Shown one piece after another: positions 23,099 to 34,400 of a stretch of 64,000 bases of DNA. A program made the translations under genes and the position numbers. How positions within the stretch are numbered: the first letter of the stretch is position 1; each line of letters begins with the position of its first letter. Location: the NCBI GenBank assembly GCA_002633005.1, contig NMRA01000226.1, forward strand, positions 189,728 through 253,727, in the 5' to 3' direction. The notes under the pieces were generated by a model. It was not told the DNA's origin. It ran no database searches and worked only from the letters and a program-made list of their open reading frames with translations. This DNA is from Phoronis australis (Eukaryota > Animalia > Phoronida).

Positions 23099-24845
23099 TT
23101 TTATGCGCCCTTATATTTATGTGGTCGCATATTGCCATCATCTGTGTCTGGGCGTCCGGTGTCTGCAGCTGTATCTCCTTAACCCCTCATAGGATCTTGA
23201 TGAGATTTGGCAGAGGTGTTGCCATCAAGTTGATGACGAGATGACAATAAATTTCAGACCTTTCCGACTACCGGTGTGCCCACTGGTGGCAATTTTAGTT
23301 TTTTACGCTTACCTCTGTATCGTTGGAGGTCCTCAACGAATTTTCATAAAATTTGACAGTTGGGCATCTATTAGTGAGATGATGCCATCCTCCCGTTTTC
23401 GGACCTATTTGAGGTATTTTGCGCCACCTAGTGGCCATTTTTACTGTTTTCGAGTTTTGTCGTCTGCCCTTCTATCTGCCAAACTGCTCTGGTATTATTT
23501 TGAGAATTGTTATATATGTTGCTACTGTGAAGAGGGCGCCTGACGATAATTTTTCGACAACTTTGACTACCGTGGCACCTCCTAGTGCCAGTTTTGTTTT
23601 TATTTGCGCCCATGGCTGTGTCTCCTAAACCGTTTGCAGCATTTTTTACAAATGTAACAAGTGTATTTATATGTTTACAACGAACGACGATAGCTTTCGC
23701 ATGAATCAGACTACAGTTGCACCCCCTAGTGGTAATTTTAGTTTTTTCCAATTACTTTTTTATCTTCAAAGGTCTTCGACAGATTTTCATAAAATTTGGC
23801 AGACAAGCATCTATTAGCAAGATGCAATCCTCCCGTTTTCGGATGGATTCGAGGTATTTTGCACCACCTAGTGGCCGTTTTTACTGTTTTCGAGTCTGTT
23901 TTTTGACGTCCAGCCCTCTATGATCCAAACCCTTTTAAGGATTCGATGATTGTGAAAATTGGTATGTATGTTCTTACTATGAAGGGGATGTCTGACGATG
24001 GTTTTTCTGACTTCTTCGACTACTGTGGCACCTCCTAAGTGGCAGTTTTGTGTTTTTTGCACCCATGGCTGTATCTCCTAAACTGTTTGCAGGATCTGTA
24101 CTGAATTTAACAGGTTTATATATTCATATGATGTTGACCACAGTCAAGGATGACTTTCGCTCCGATCTGACTATCAATGTGCCCCCTAGTGGCAATTTTA
24201 TTTTTTTACGTTTACGTCTTTGCCGTAATCCAAGGTTCTCAACGGAGTTTCGTAAAATTTGGAATAAAGACATCTATTGATGAGGTGACACTACGATCCT
24301 GCCATTTTCAAATGGATTTGAGGTATTTTGTGCCACCTATTGGCCATTTTTACTGTTTTTGAGTCCGTTTTTGGCGTCCACCTTGATATCAACCAATCCC
24401 TTCTTAGGATGATTTTGAAAATTGGCGTATATGTCCTCATTGTTATGAGGACTGTTGACGATGACGAATTTGAAAAATGTAATAGTTTTGTTTTGCGCCC
24501 ATAGCTGTGTCTCCTAAACCCACTATAGGATCTTTATTAAACTTAGTGCATTTATATGAATCTAACAATAGACCACAACTTTCAGGCGGATGCCGTGCTG
24601 CCTTGTGGCTATTTCATTTTTTTTTTTCTTTTTCCTTTGTTTCTCTGAAGTTCCTTGACAGATTTTTATGAAATTTGGTAAATAGCTTTCTATTAAAGAA
24701 GCGGTAGCACGTTTCATTTTCAAATGGATTGGATGTTTTGTGCCATTTAGTGGCCATTTTTATGACACAAGTTATCAACTCTAGAAGCACATCGTTTGCA
24801 GTGCATTCGTGGGCGCATTTCATTGCTCTGCATTGCTGTTGTTTG
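23099..24845 (+). mobile_element. Helentron-associated (HINE/DINE-1-like) non-autonomous element with internal tandem subrepeats
   Basis: 5' T-run + TTATGCGCCC with a nearby inverted GGTCGCATA and a GTCT/GTCC-like tract; 3' GGGCGCAT (24811-18) followed by a CATTGC-TCT-GCATTG hairpin remnant and T-run; about three internal units with CCMCCTAGTGGC and AAATTTGG motifs. Confidence 0.7.
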
Positions 24846-25096
24846 ATTGTTTCGTTGTATTTCCATCATGTTTATTAAGTACCACAGGACCAGTGTACTT
24901 TGTCCAGCCCGTACGGTATTCTTGTCTGCCATGCTGTGCTATTGCAGACCCCAAGAAATTAAAGGGAGCCCAAAAAATTCGGAAGTTGGTCCAGTAGGCC
25001 CCAGTCATTTAAAATATTACCCAAACACTGCTTAGTTTGGAAGATTGTAGTCTCGTAATGTTGAAGTGAGTACTAATTTCTGATCATTTGTTTCAG

Positions 25097-25195
25097 TCGC
25101 CGAATGGCTATATTGTCAACACGATCTCTAACCATGACTATGCCTTCACTCGGTCATCCTCAAACAACGAGCCCAGTGTCAGCACAGCTGGAAAG
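25097..25195 (+). CDS. Cytokine receptor cytoplasmic exon
   Basis: tttcag acceptor, gtcagt donor; 99 nt, phase 0 to 0. SPNGYIVNTISNHDYAFTRSSSNNEPSVSTAGK. Confidence 0.78.
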
Positions 25196-26611
25196 GTCAG
25201 TGTTTCTTCGTCTAGTGGATGACTAAACAACTTATGTAAAATGTGTTCACTGTCTGTTAATTTGCTTTTCATCTCACCCATTGATACTACCTTAAACGTG
25301 GTCTCAACTTGTTCCCTGTTCACATGAGAAGTCATTTCTGGGCCTAGTTCTTCATGCCTTTGACTTGGCTCATTAGAGTGGATCATCCTAGCTAGTCATT
25401 TTATGCACCAAAAACATTCTGGCCAGTCTGCAGACCAGTTTTGTGCTGTCATCTAACAAGCCTGTGCAATCTGTTGAGATTGCCAACAAACGCATGTCAA
25501 CAAAAGGAACAAATGCTGCGTTAGCGTTACGTTAAAGTGTAACGGTTTGTAAGTAAAGAAATGAAATCTTCTGCGAGTCGTATTTACAGAAAGGGCTGGG
25601 AGTGCCAGTCTTCACTTGTACTTTTTAGAGAAGAAAATTGTTGATAACGATAAATAATTTTGGTGGCCGTTAAGATAGAGTGGTTGTAATCTAGAGGGGT
25701 TTACCTGTCTTGCCATAGTGGCTTTCAGCACATAACTCTTTCTCATCCCAGCAATCATTCTAATCTCATTAAGGAACAATTCTCGCTAGTTTTTTCATAA
25801 TTTTTTTTCAGTAGGCAGGTGCAGTACTTGAAAGGATGTTTATGTTTGTCTGCATACCTACCTGAACCCAGCAGCCTTTTTGCAGAAATAATGTAGTCTG
25901 ACCACGTGATTTATGACCTCACCTCTAAGAAATTTGCATTGTGGATGTTATCATTATTATTAATAGCCCTCTTTGATCGTATTTTTGTTATCATGTTAGT
26001 GGTCTGCCCTGATAATTCCGTAATCTACAGAAGAAAACTCGATTTAATCACTCCAACGTAGGTCATAAAATTATAGGCTAAGCTAGCAATTCTGCCCCCT
26101 ATTTTGTGTCATGGTGAGAACACAGAACAAAAAGCAGCGGGGTAAAGGAAGTTATAATGAATAGTGGTCTGAGTAAGACACCGTGTAAGGATTCTGCATG
26201 TGACATAGATAACTGGTGTTATTGTGCCTTACCTAATGCCAAATCCTCCATGTGTAAGCTGTGTTAAACCTAATATGTGGCTGGATGTTTATCTAGGCAG
26301 CTTTCTGTCCAGGCTGTCACATTCATGCCTGTTGCTTCAATTCCAAGATCCAAACAAAACGTCACCATGTTCATTGAGCTGAATGAGAAGAATGTAACAA
26401 AGCAGTTTATTGTCTGTTAGTCACAGGGAAAGCAAATTGCTTAGTACCTTTCTCACTTGGGCTTTGATCAAGAAATTAATTGTTAAGACTTTGTAAATAG
26501 CCCACGGACCCATAGCAGCAAAACAGACTTGGAAACTCTGAAGTGGGTTTTTTGCTGTCACTTGTGTGGTAAACTTAAACGTGTCTGTGTCATTGTTTGC
26601 TCTTTTTCCAG

Positions 26612-27145
26612 AAAAAAGAAGAGATCCATCTGCAGGTGGTGTCCGAGTTGTCCGGTAGTGGCCTGCAGTCGGTCAGTTCTGGTAGTGTGAACTACAGTAA
26701 ACTGGCTGTAGCCAACCTGGCTGATGCCAGTCAAGAAGGTCATGCAGGTCAGGAAGGTCACATAGGTCGTGTAGGTGACGGGTCAGTACTGCCATCTATA
26801 GACGAAGTGGACGTTGAGTCCTCTGAGTCATCAAGAGGATATGAATACAACCAGGTGCCTATAAAGACTACACCTTTTACGAGTACTGTTACCATGGATA
26901 CAAGTGGGGGTAGTTATGGAGATAGGAGTGAGAGCTATCAACGAGTCCGCCATTTGGTGGGCTCCAGTGATCAGGGCATGGGTAGTAGTACCAGCACAGG
27001 CTCATCGGAAGTGGACAGTTACAGTAAGATTGGCATGACTAACGGGGCTCTGAAGAATGGACTTGTTCACCCGTCGGTTGACTCTCAGGGTGATGACTCC
27101 GAGCATGGAGACAGTGGGTCATCAGTTACCCCCATATTGGCCTGA
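26612..27145 (+). CDS. Cytokine receptor terminal coding exon (Ser/Gly-rich disordered tail with Tyr motifs)
   Basis: ctttttccag acceptor (26610-11), in frame with ORF 26597..27145; contains VNYSKL, YNQV, YQRV, YSKI; TGA ends at 27145. Confidence 0.88.
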   Translation, partial: KKEEIHLQVVSELSGSGLQSVSSGSVNYSKLAVANLADASQEGHAGQEGHIGRVGDGSVLPSIDEVDVESSESSRGYEYNQVPIKTTPFTSTVTMDTSGGSYGDRSESYQRVRHLVGSSDQGMGSSTSTGSSEVDSYSKIGMTNGALKNGLVHPSVDSQGDDSEHGDSGSSVTPILA

Positions 27146-27641
27146 CCTGGCCATATTGTTGATGCAGTGTGCCAAATATGGTGATGGTAATTTGATGTCC
27201 CCTGCCGAAGGCAATGGTAGATTTCTCTCCTTGTGTGCAATCCACACACAATTAGGAGTATTTTTGACAGTATGATAAATGCAGAAAAGAAGTCGATATG
27301 TAACAATCAATGTCGAATGGTTTTAAACAAAATCTGCATCCGATTTCTTCATTTGGTGCTCTCTGTGACTGCGTTGTTGAAATTGTGGGATGAAATTGGA
27401 GTGTTTTGTGCAAATATTTCTGAGCCACTTTGAACTGTCCTATTTACTCAGTAATTCTGTCTTGTTAACATAGAATAATCTTAAAAATGCCTAGCAGGGT
27501 CTAGTGAAAGCTTTGCCTTACTGTCCACTGTGCAAAGGCCACTAGAGTGAATGTAATTACTAAGGAGACTAGGAATTCAACAGAAGGTTGTTGGTCTAAT
27601 TTGATTCAGTATTTGTATAGTGCATCAAAGAAAACGACATT

Positions 27642-27798
27642 GTTTCTAGTAAGTTTCTAGTAAGTTTCTAGTAAGTGCTAGCAAGAAATTCAATTTGTGA
27701 TATCCCATAAGGCCACAGTAATTGATATCCCATAAGGCCACAGTAATTGATATCCCATAAGGCCACAGTAATTGATATCCCATAAGGCCACAGTAATT
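27642..27798 (+). repeat. Two adjacent minisatellites: 3 x GTTTCTAGTAA and 4 x 25-bp GATATCCCATAAGGCCACAGTAATT
   Basis: 11-mers at 27642, 27653, 27664; perfect 25-mers at 27699, 27724, 27749, 27774. Confidence 0.95.
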
Positions 27799-30415
27799 AT
27801 TACTTATTCATGAGCCTAGTATTTAAAGCTGATAAGATTTTGAGCACAATCTGATCTCATTTGAAAGAACACATAAGGTTTGATGGTATGAAATTTGAGA
27901 AGACGAGGTTGAATTTTTCATAAGAAAATAGTATATTCAGGTGGTTTGATGTTTTGCGGTGCTTTTTGACTGAACTCGGATTTGTAGCATCTGTGACAGT
28001 GACATCTGTGGTGTAGTGTGACGAAACTCTCATGCACTGAAATATAGAGATATAGATATTGATATAATTTGCCTTATTTTCTAACATTCACTGGCTTCAT
28101 AATGCTTACATATAATTATTGTCACATTTATGTTAACTCATCAGTCGTGTTGTCCACCTCTGCTCGGTCCCCCTTCTAATTCAAAAGCGATTAGCTCCAA
28201 AGACTTCCGGTTGGCCTCTGTTTTTGTGATGATGTCATCTAGGAATGATGTGACGTTGTCATTCATAGCTGGGGAGGGACGGCCCACGTGATTTTAATGT
28301 TTCCAGCTCACTCTTGGATCTTTTCAACTCAGGGGTTCGCCAGCTCAAGCATATCCATGCCAACGGACAACGTCAGAGATTGTAACTTGTTCAAGTTACG
28401 ATTAGATAAGTGAATTGCATCCGTTAAAACTCCGAATTCTTGAATAACGCCCTTCTGTAAACATGAATGACAATATCCTTTGTTTTCCTCGTGCCCACAG
28501 CTGCGCGTGTCCGAGTCGCTTGACAAGGGGTCTACATTTAGGTGACGTCTTTGCACTCGAGTCGCGCCTGTTTATGAGAAGGAATGGTTCGAATACAAAT
28601 GGGTCGGTGGACACACACAAGTCATCGATGGAGTGTCGGAATTAAATTACTTTCCGAAGTGTGTTACCCCATTCTGTGATGCATTGATTTGGCAAGCGGT
28701 TTGGAAGTGGTTTTAGTTCTCTTGAATTCCACATGTGGATTCCGCGCAGGACATCTCTCACTTTTCCGAATAGGCATGTGAATACATCCACGAAAATAAC
28801 GTCTTACTAAGGTTGAAAGTATGCAGTAGGAGTTTGGGAAACAATTCTGACCCTTTTGAAACTCCCGCATCAAAAGAAATATAAAGAAAACGATTCTTGG
28901 TTAATGCCATTACATCATGACACATTATTTACGTACGTGTATTGATTTACACATTGTAGAAACTGACGTGTACACGGAAACCATCGATGGATGCGTACGC
29001 GTACGCCTGTCGGAAAAAATAATTGATCGGCACTTTTTTATTTCTTCTGGTATACAATAGGCCGGTCCGCTGGGTCTTTTCTGGAAAACTGATTTTGCCC
29101 CGTTTCTAGAGATTCTAGTGCAGTTGTCTTAGTGCTCTCTACAAAGTGAACTTTCAAACTTTAGGCAGCGCCTGCGGACTTTCAGTGTTCCTCAAAATAC
29201 TGTGACTCACTTGGTGACGTGCCATTTTCTGTACTTTGTGGGTCACGTGGACTTCCGGTTCGATCACTGAACTGAGTTTCTCCCTCTGCCTTGCCGGAAT
29301 TGGAAATTCTATCCTGGACGGGATTTCTGTTATAGATTTGCAGTAATTTAATCGAATAGCCCAGATTGTCGGGAGGGTGTCTTGTTTTTGTAAGATAGGC
29401 ATGTCCTCGCCATTTTTGTTAAAATCACAAAAAGTTGAGGTTTCCTACATAAAAGATGCCAATTTGAATATTCTTTACAATTAACAGAATAAAAATTGTA
29501 TTTCCACTTGTTGGACAAAGTCCCCCGCGATATCGTCTCCTGTGGCCTGTTTGCGCAGTTACATTATTGTTGTTATAATTGATTACTGTTATTATTAGAA
29601 TTATACTACTGCCACTAATAATAGTAAAGACAACGATAATGGTAATAACAGTTGTGGTAGCAATCATTACGGTACTGATGTTTGTAAGGAGCTTTTCTGA
29701 GGTAATTAGTTCTTAAACGGCAGTGTGCATTTAAATTAAATTTCTCTAATAATAGAACGACAAGGTAAGTCAGCGCCATGGTGGTTGGCCTACTCTACAT
29801 AATTTGTGTTGTAATTAAAAAGGTGTGCTTTCACGGAGAACTTCGACGAAACTCTGCCGAAGGTTCGATCGTCAACGTTTGCATGTCGGTTATGAACTAA
29901 AGGTAACCAGATTCCAAGTGCTTGAACCACAGGGCTGCCGGATGATCCATTAAGCCAACAACAGTAGCTTATACGAAGCAAGAAGCAAGGTGGGTATTTG
30001 TCCAACTTCTGAAGCCAGTGGTATTTCACTTGAGGTTGGCAAGGTTGGCAATAGCCTGCTACAGGCGCACGGGTATGTTTATGGTAAGACGACCTCGGCT
30101 GGTTCCCACGTTGCAGACTGAGACGTTATTCAGAAAGAATATGATCATGTCCTGTTTTCTCTGCTCGGTTTGAAAATTGACAAGTGGACTTTTACATTGA
30201 GCTCAGTTGAGGGTGCACGAAAATTAGGGTCCCCACCTCGTAGCCGCAGCGGTACCACCCCTCGCAAGGCGTGACTGCATGGGGGGAGGCAAACAAAATT
30301 GTGAAAAGCAGAACCAGTAAGGTTAGACTGCAGTCAACAGTGGTCAAATATTGTGGTGACAGACCCCGAGGGAAGTGGGGCAGCTGGGAGGCGGTCCCAG
30401 ATATTTTATATCTTA

Positions 30416-31460
30416 CAGTGGCGGATTTAGAAGGGGCAATGTCCAGTGGCGGATCTAGGATATCACAAGGGGCCCAACATTTTGTCTGAAAACATTTGCG
30501 CAAAGCACGATTAGATGCGCATAGCACCGAATGGAGGGAGGTCGGGAGGGGGTTTGCCCAGGAAAATTTTTGTTTTTTCCTTTAAAGATCAAGCATTTTT
30601 CTTGGTTCCTGAAGTATTATCCAAGAAAACAAGGCAAAGAAAAAAAAAAAAAAACACGGGGAACGTGTCAAACATGAAAAACTGCAATCACCACACTCTC
30701 GCCGAACTCACGACCTTGTGCCTTGCGGATAAAGCACATGTGCTTTACCACTGCACCACCACGATTTCGATCACAATTCGATAGTAAGAAACCTACTTAT
30801 TTATGGTCCACAGCGTTTGCGCGCGAAACCTACTTCTTTTTGTAATGCTTATTACGCTTTTTATATTTTGTACAATCAGTTTGTAACAATTTTGTTGTAT
30901 TTAAAATAGTCTTCAGTTGCCCAAAAGACCAAATCGGTTTTTTGTGTTGGCATTCATGACGCAATTGCTTTAGAAATCGTCTTAAGTTAAGGTTTGACAA
31001 AGAGAGAATAGAGTGGTTCACTAAGGCTTCGATTAAAATTCACATCTTACCAGCAGCTTCTACTTAGATTCCATTTTCTTTAAAAAGTGAAACAATTTTC
31101 TTCATTGCACAGTGAAGCAGACGACGGAAACGGAGTCGTAGTGCGCAGCGCCACTGCCAGTCGCCTGGGATATCGCGGGAGACCCTATACTTAGCCATAA
31201 TTTCGTTATGATTGAGCCGTGATCCAAATTTGACACTTGAAATTGAATCTGAACATTTCCCTACGCTCTTGCTGTTTTATTTTATTTGCGGCAGCCAGCC
31301 CCCCCCCCCCCTAANATCCGCCTATGAGTATGATGTCCCCCCTAAAATTCTCACAGATTCCATATTTGACAGTTCGATTACTGGATGCGAATGTCTGACG
31401 GGAAAAATCCTGGCTACAACTCTGCCCTCCCCCCAAAACAAAATCCTAGATCCACTCCTG
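30416..31460. mobile_element. Two nested CAGTGGCGGAT-terminated hAT-like MITEs (inner about 30444-31332)
   Basis: Left ends CAGTGGCGGATTTAG (30416) and CAGTGGCGGATCTAG (30444); right ends CTAANATCCGCCTATG (to 31326) and CTAGATCCACTCCTG (to 31460). Flanks TCTTA/TTTTA and ATGTC/ATGTC (second copy 31333-37). A minus-strand tRNA-like segment lies at about 30700-30765. Confidence 0.6.
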
Positions 31461-34400
31461 TTTTAAGTCCCCACTAAGGCGTAATCTGCCATTGATTTCA
31501 ACCTCTGGGTCATCGTAAACTTACGGTGACGAATCGTTTACCCATTCTAAGGACCTCAGCATGTCTTCCCAATAGACGTCTAGCTCTTCACTTCTCTTCA
31601 CAGCTGATTCAAAATAATCTCTATTATGTTCCCATTGTCTTGGAGATATATTTACTCCGTCACCGGTTTCTTTACTGGTTTCATCTGTAGTAACACCGTC
31701 CATGTTTCCAACTTGTCTGCTTTCTTTTCCAGCAATTTTAGAATTGTAGAAACAATGCTGCTGACGTCACAGCATTGTCACGTTCTTCACGTGTCTCTTC
31801 CGTGGTAGTCTACTTCATGGTAGTTATCATCGCCGACAGGGAGCATATAAAAGTTGTGACAACCATTAATTCAGTGTGCCTCTTCATAGAGTTGATCTGC
31901 ACACATGCTGCCATGTCGAATATTTCTGGCAGTGCCTGATAAACTAGGTTTATAGGGAGTCGTACACAATGGAAAGTCTTAGGGAGTTGGGGATTTGACT
32001 AAATTCCCCGGTCGCCGGCTACACATGTATAAGCTTCCACCAGTCATAGCAATTTTTAGCGACAGAATTTCATTTTATACCCATACCAAGCTCTTCGTCA
32101 TCCCCTGCGCCGACATTTTCACTCAAAAGTATCGACTTTTGCAAAGAGTTCCGTGTGACTGCAAGGCGGGGCCCCTGTTTTGTTCGGGACCCTGTAAGCT
32201 ACGACGCTGGAGCGGGTTTTCCAGTATGGTGAGATAAAAATTTACGCGTGAAATTCTCAAAAAGGAAGGAAAAATGGACGAATATATTTAACATACAAGT
32301 TTTCCCAAATATGAATTCCCAGTTCCGCTGACTATAACTGTATTGTTTGTTGATTTATGAATAAGATAATTGGTTTATGTTCATAGAAAGGTGATTAAAA
32401 AGGTAATATTATTAATCAAAATATATGCATTAGCTCACCTTTGGACTTCCTTGGCGTTTTCATGGAGATTCTAGTGCCATTACGCGTTAAATTTTCGTTC
32501 TCTTAAACTTCAGTTGTTTGTGATTCTCGCGGATACAGAACACGTGATGGCTCTCGCATCTATTTTAGCTGCCACAGAATGGTGGCATGTCATAACCATA
32601 CAGTACTAGTAGTCCCAGGAGCAGAGATTGGTCCAAGGACAGTGTTCGAACTTCAGCAAATAAATGTGTTGGTCCGCCGGGTCAGTCTGAAAACTTACTT
32701 GCACGGGTGCCAAGTTAACTCTTAGTTTAAAAGTTATTGGCCCAGCGGCAAATCCACTGGTCCTAGGACCCTGGGCCAGCGAACGCTGTCCACGGAAACT
32801 GAATTTGGACATCCGGCGTCAATGAAGTGTGAGTACATTTTCGGCATACTCATTTTTGGGACACCCTGTATTTTAATATCAACTAGTCGTTGTTGGAGAA
32901 TTCTTAATAAAATTGAACCATTGACTTGAAACCAAGCCGCTTCAGCTATCACAGCTTGGGGGTGTTCGCAACTGGATCACATATCAAAATGTACCCACGC
33001 CGAGAAGGACTGAAACATGAAACTGATAGAAAATTTCACGCTGCATGCGATGTTTTAATATTTCCGCGATATACATATTTTCATGGCGATGCATTCCTTT
33101 AGCATACACGTGGACATTTTTACTCAAATTGAGATCGTGAAATCATATATCCAAACGAAAATTCACAATGGTGACGAGCCTGCCTACAACAGAGTTGGAT
33201 TTGACGATGACCAAGCGGAAGGAGATTTTTGACAAGTCACTAGGAAAATTTGTGACCACGGGGCTTCACTCTGGTTGCATTTGGATCATGTAAAGTATAA
33301 TGCGGATTTGTTTTCATGTATGCATTTATATCAAGTACGCGCAAGATAGTTATAGTTTCGAACATCTTATCAGACCAATGATACTTCAAAAGTCACAATT
33401 CTGTGTCGAAGGGATATCGTGATTCAGCCAAAGCCCACTGTGTACACAAATAAATGGATTTATTACATGGTTCAGTACGGAATGGTCCAGTCACGGGCAA
33501 AGGCGCGGCTCGTCCATGAAGCAACAACAAACATTGCTACTGTAAGTACAGCCTACGGTAGAGAAACTCGAACACCGTTTTGCACGACTGGCGTATTGGT
33601 TATAGGATTCCTTATTTGGCACCCAACCTTGATTTAAGTTGGATTTCAGGGATTCAACTCACGAGTTCTCACTAGGTTTAAAATTTAACGCGTTAAGACC
33701 ATAGAAACACTGTCAGTGGCAATGATCAGCAAAGTCCCGAAGTGAAGACCGTTGTGCTCTGTGTTCTTGGTTATTTCTGTGGATGATTAGATCATAGTCA
33801 TGCAATAATTTCGGTAAAAATGGCATGGTGCATACTGGCTGAAAAGTGGAATACAACCAAACAGCACTCCGTACATGAATGGCATTTACGTGTAATACAA
33901 AACCGACTCGGGGCTCAAAAGTGGAGTGCGGGGATCAAAATTTCAGCGTTCTGGCCCCACGCTCAAAAAGCCTGGTGAAAACCCAGCCGCATTTCAAGGC
34001 TTCTCATGTACCTTGGGAACAACTGAAGTTGAGATCTCGACATGAGTAGGCCAATTTGCCAGTTAATTTGCATTTCAATGTTTTTAAACAAACACGCTAG
34101 GCCGAAATTGTTGCAGTTATAATTTTATGTTGTTACTAACGCTCAATCCACTGTTGCCTTGTTAGGTCAACTATTACGTTGGGCCTACTAGCCTAGTATC
34201 CGAAAAATTATAATTTGATCTGCTAGCCCACGCCCTCTGTCTTTAAAATACAAATTCTCAATTAGACTCAACGTCACAAAACTGGTCTCGTTTTGTTCCT
34301 CACAAAAATAAAAAATCATGTCTAGAATGGAGAAGTCAACATTTCGTTGGGATTATTACGCGGGTCACGGCGGGTAAGTTTCAACTGCCGAAGTCAGTGT

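Noticed and set aside
25999-26057. Extra cytoplasmic receptor exon (VCPDNSVIYRRKLDLITP)
   Set aside because: The open frame needs phase 1 entry and phase 2 exit, incompatible with the phase-0 neighbours.
27699-27798. 25-bp repeats as a CRISPR array
   Set aside because: Head-to-tail copies with no spacers, no cas genes, eukaryotic context.
29540-29670. Hydrophobic minus-strand ORF 29425..29667 as a membrane protein
   Set aside because: Arises from a degenerate (ATT/AAT)n low-complexity tract.
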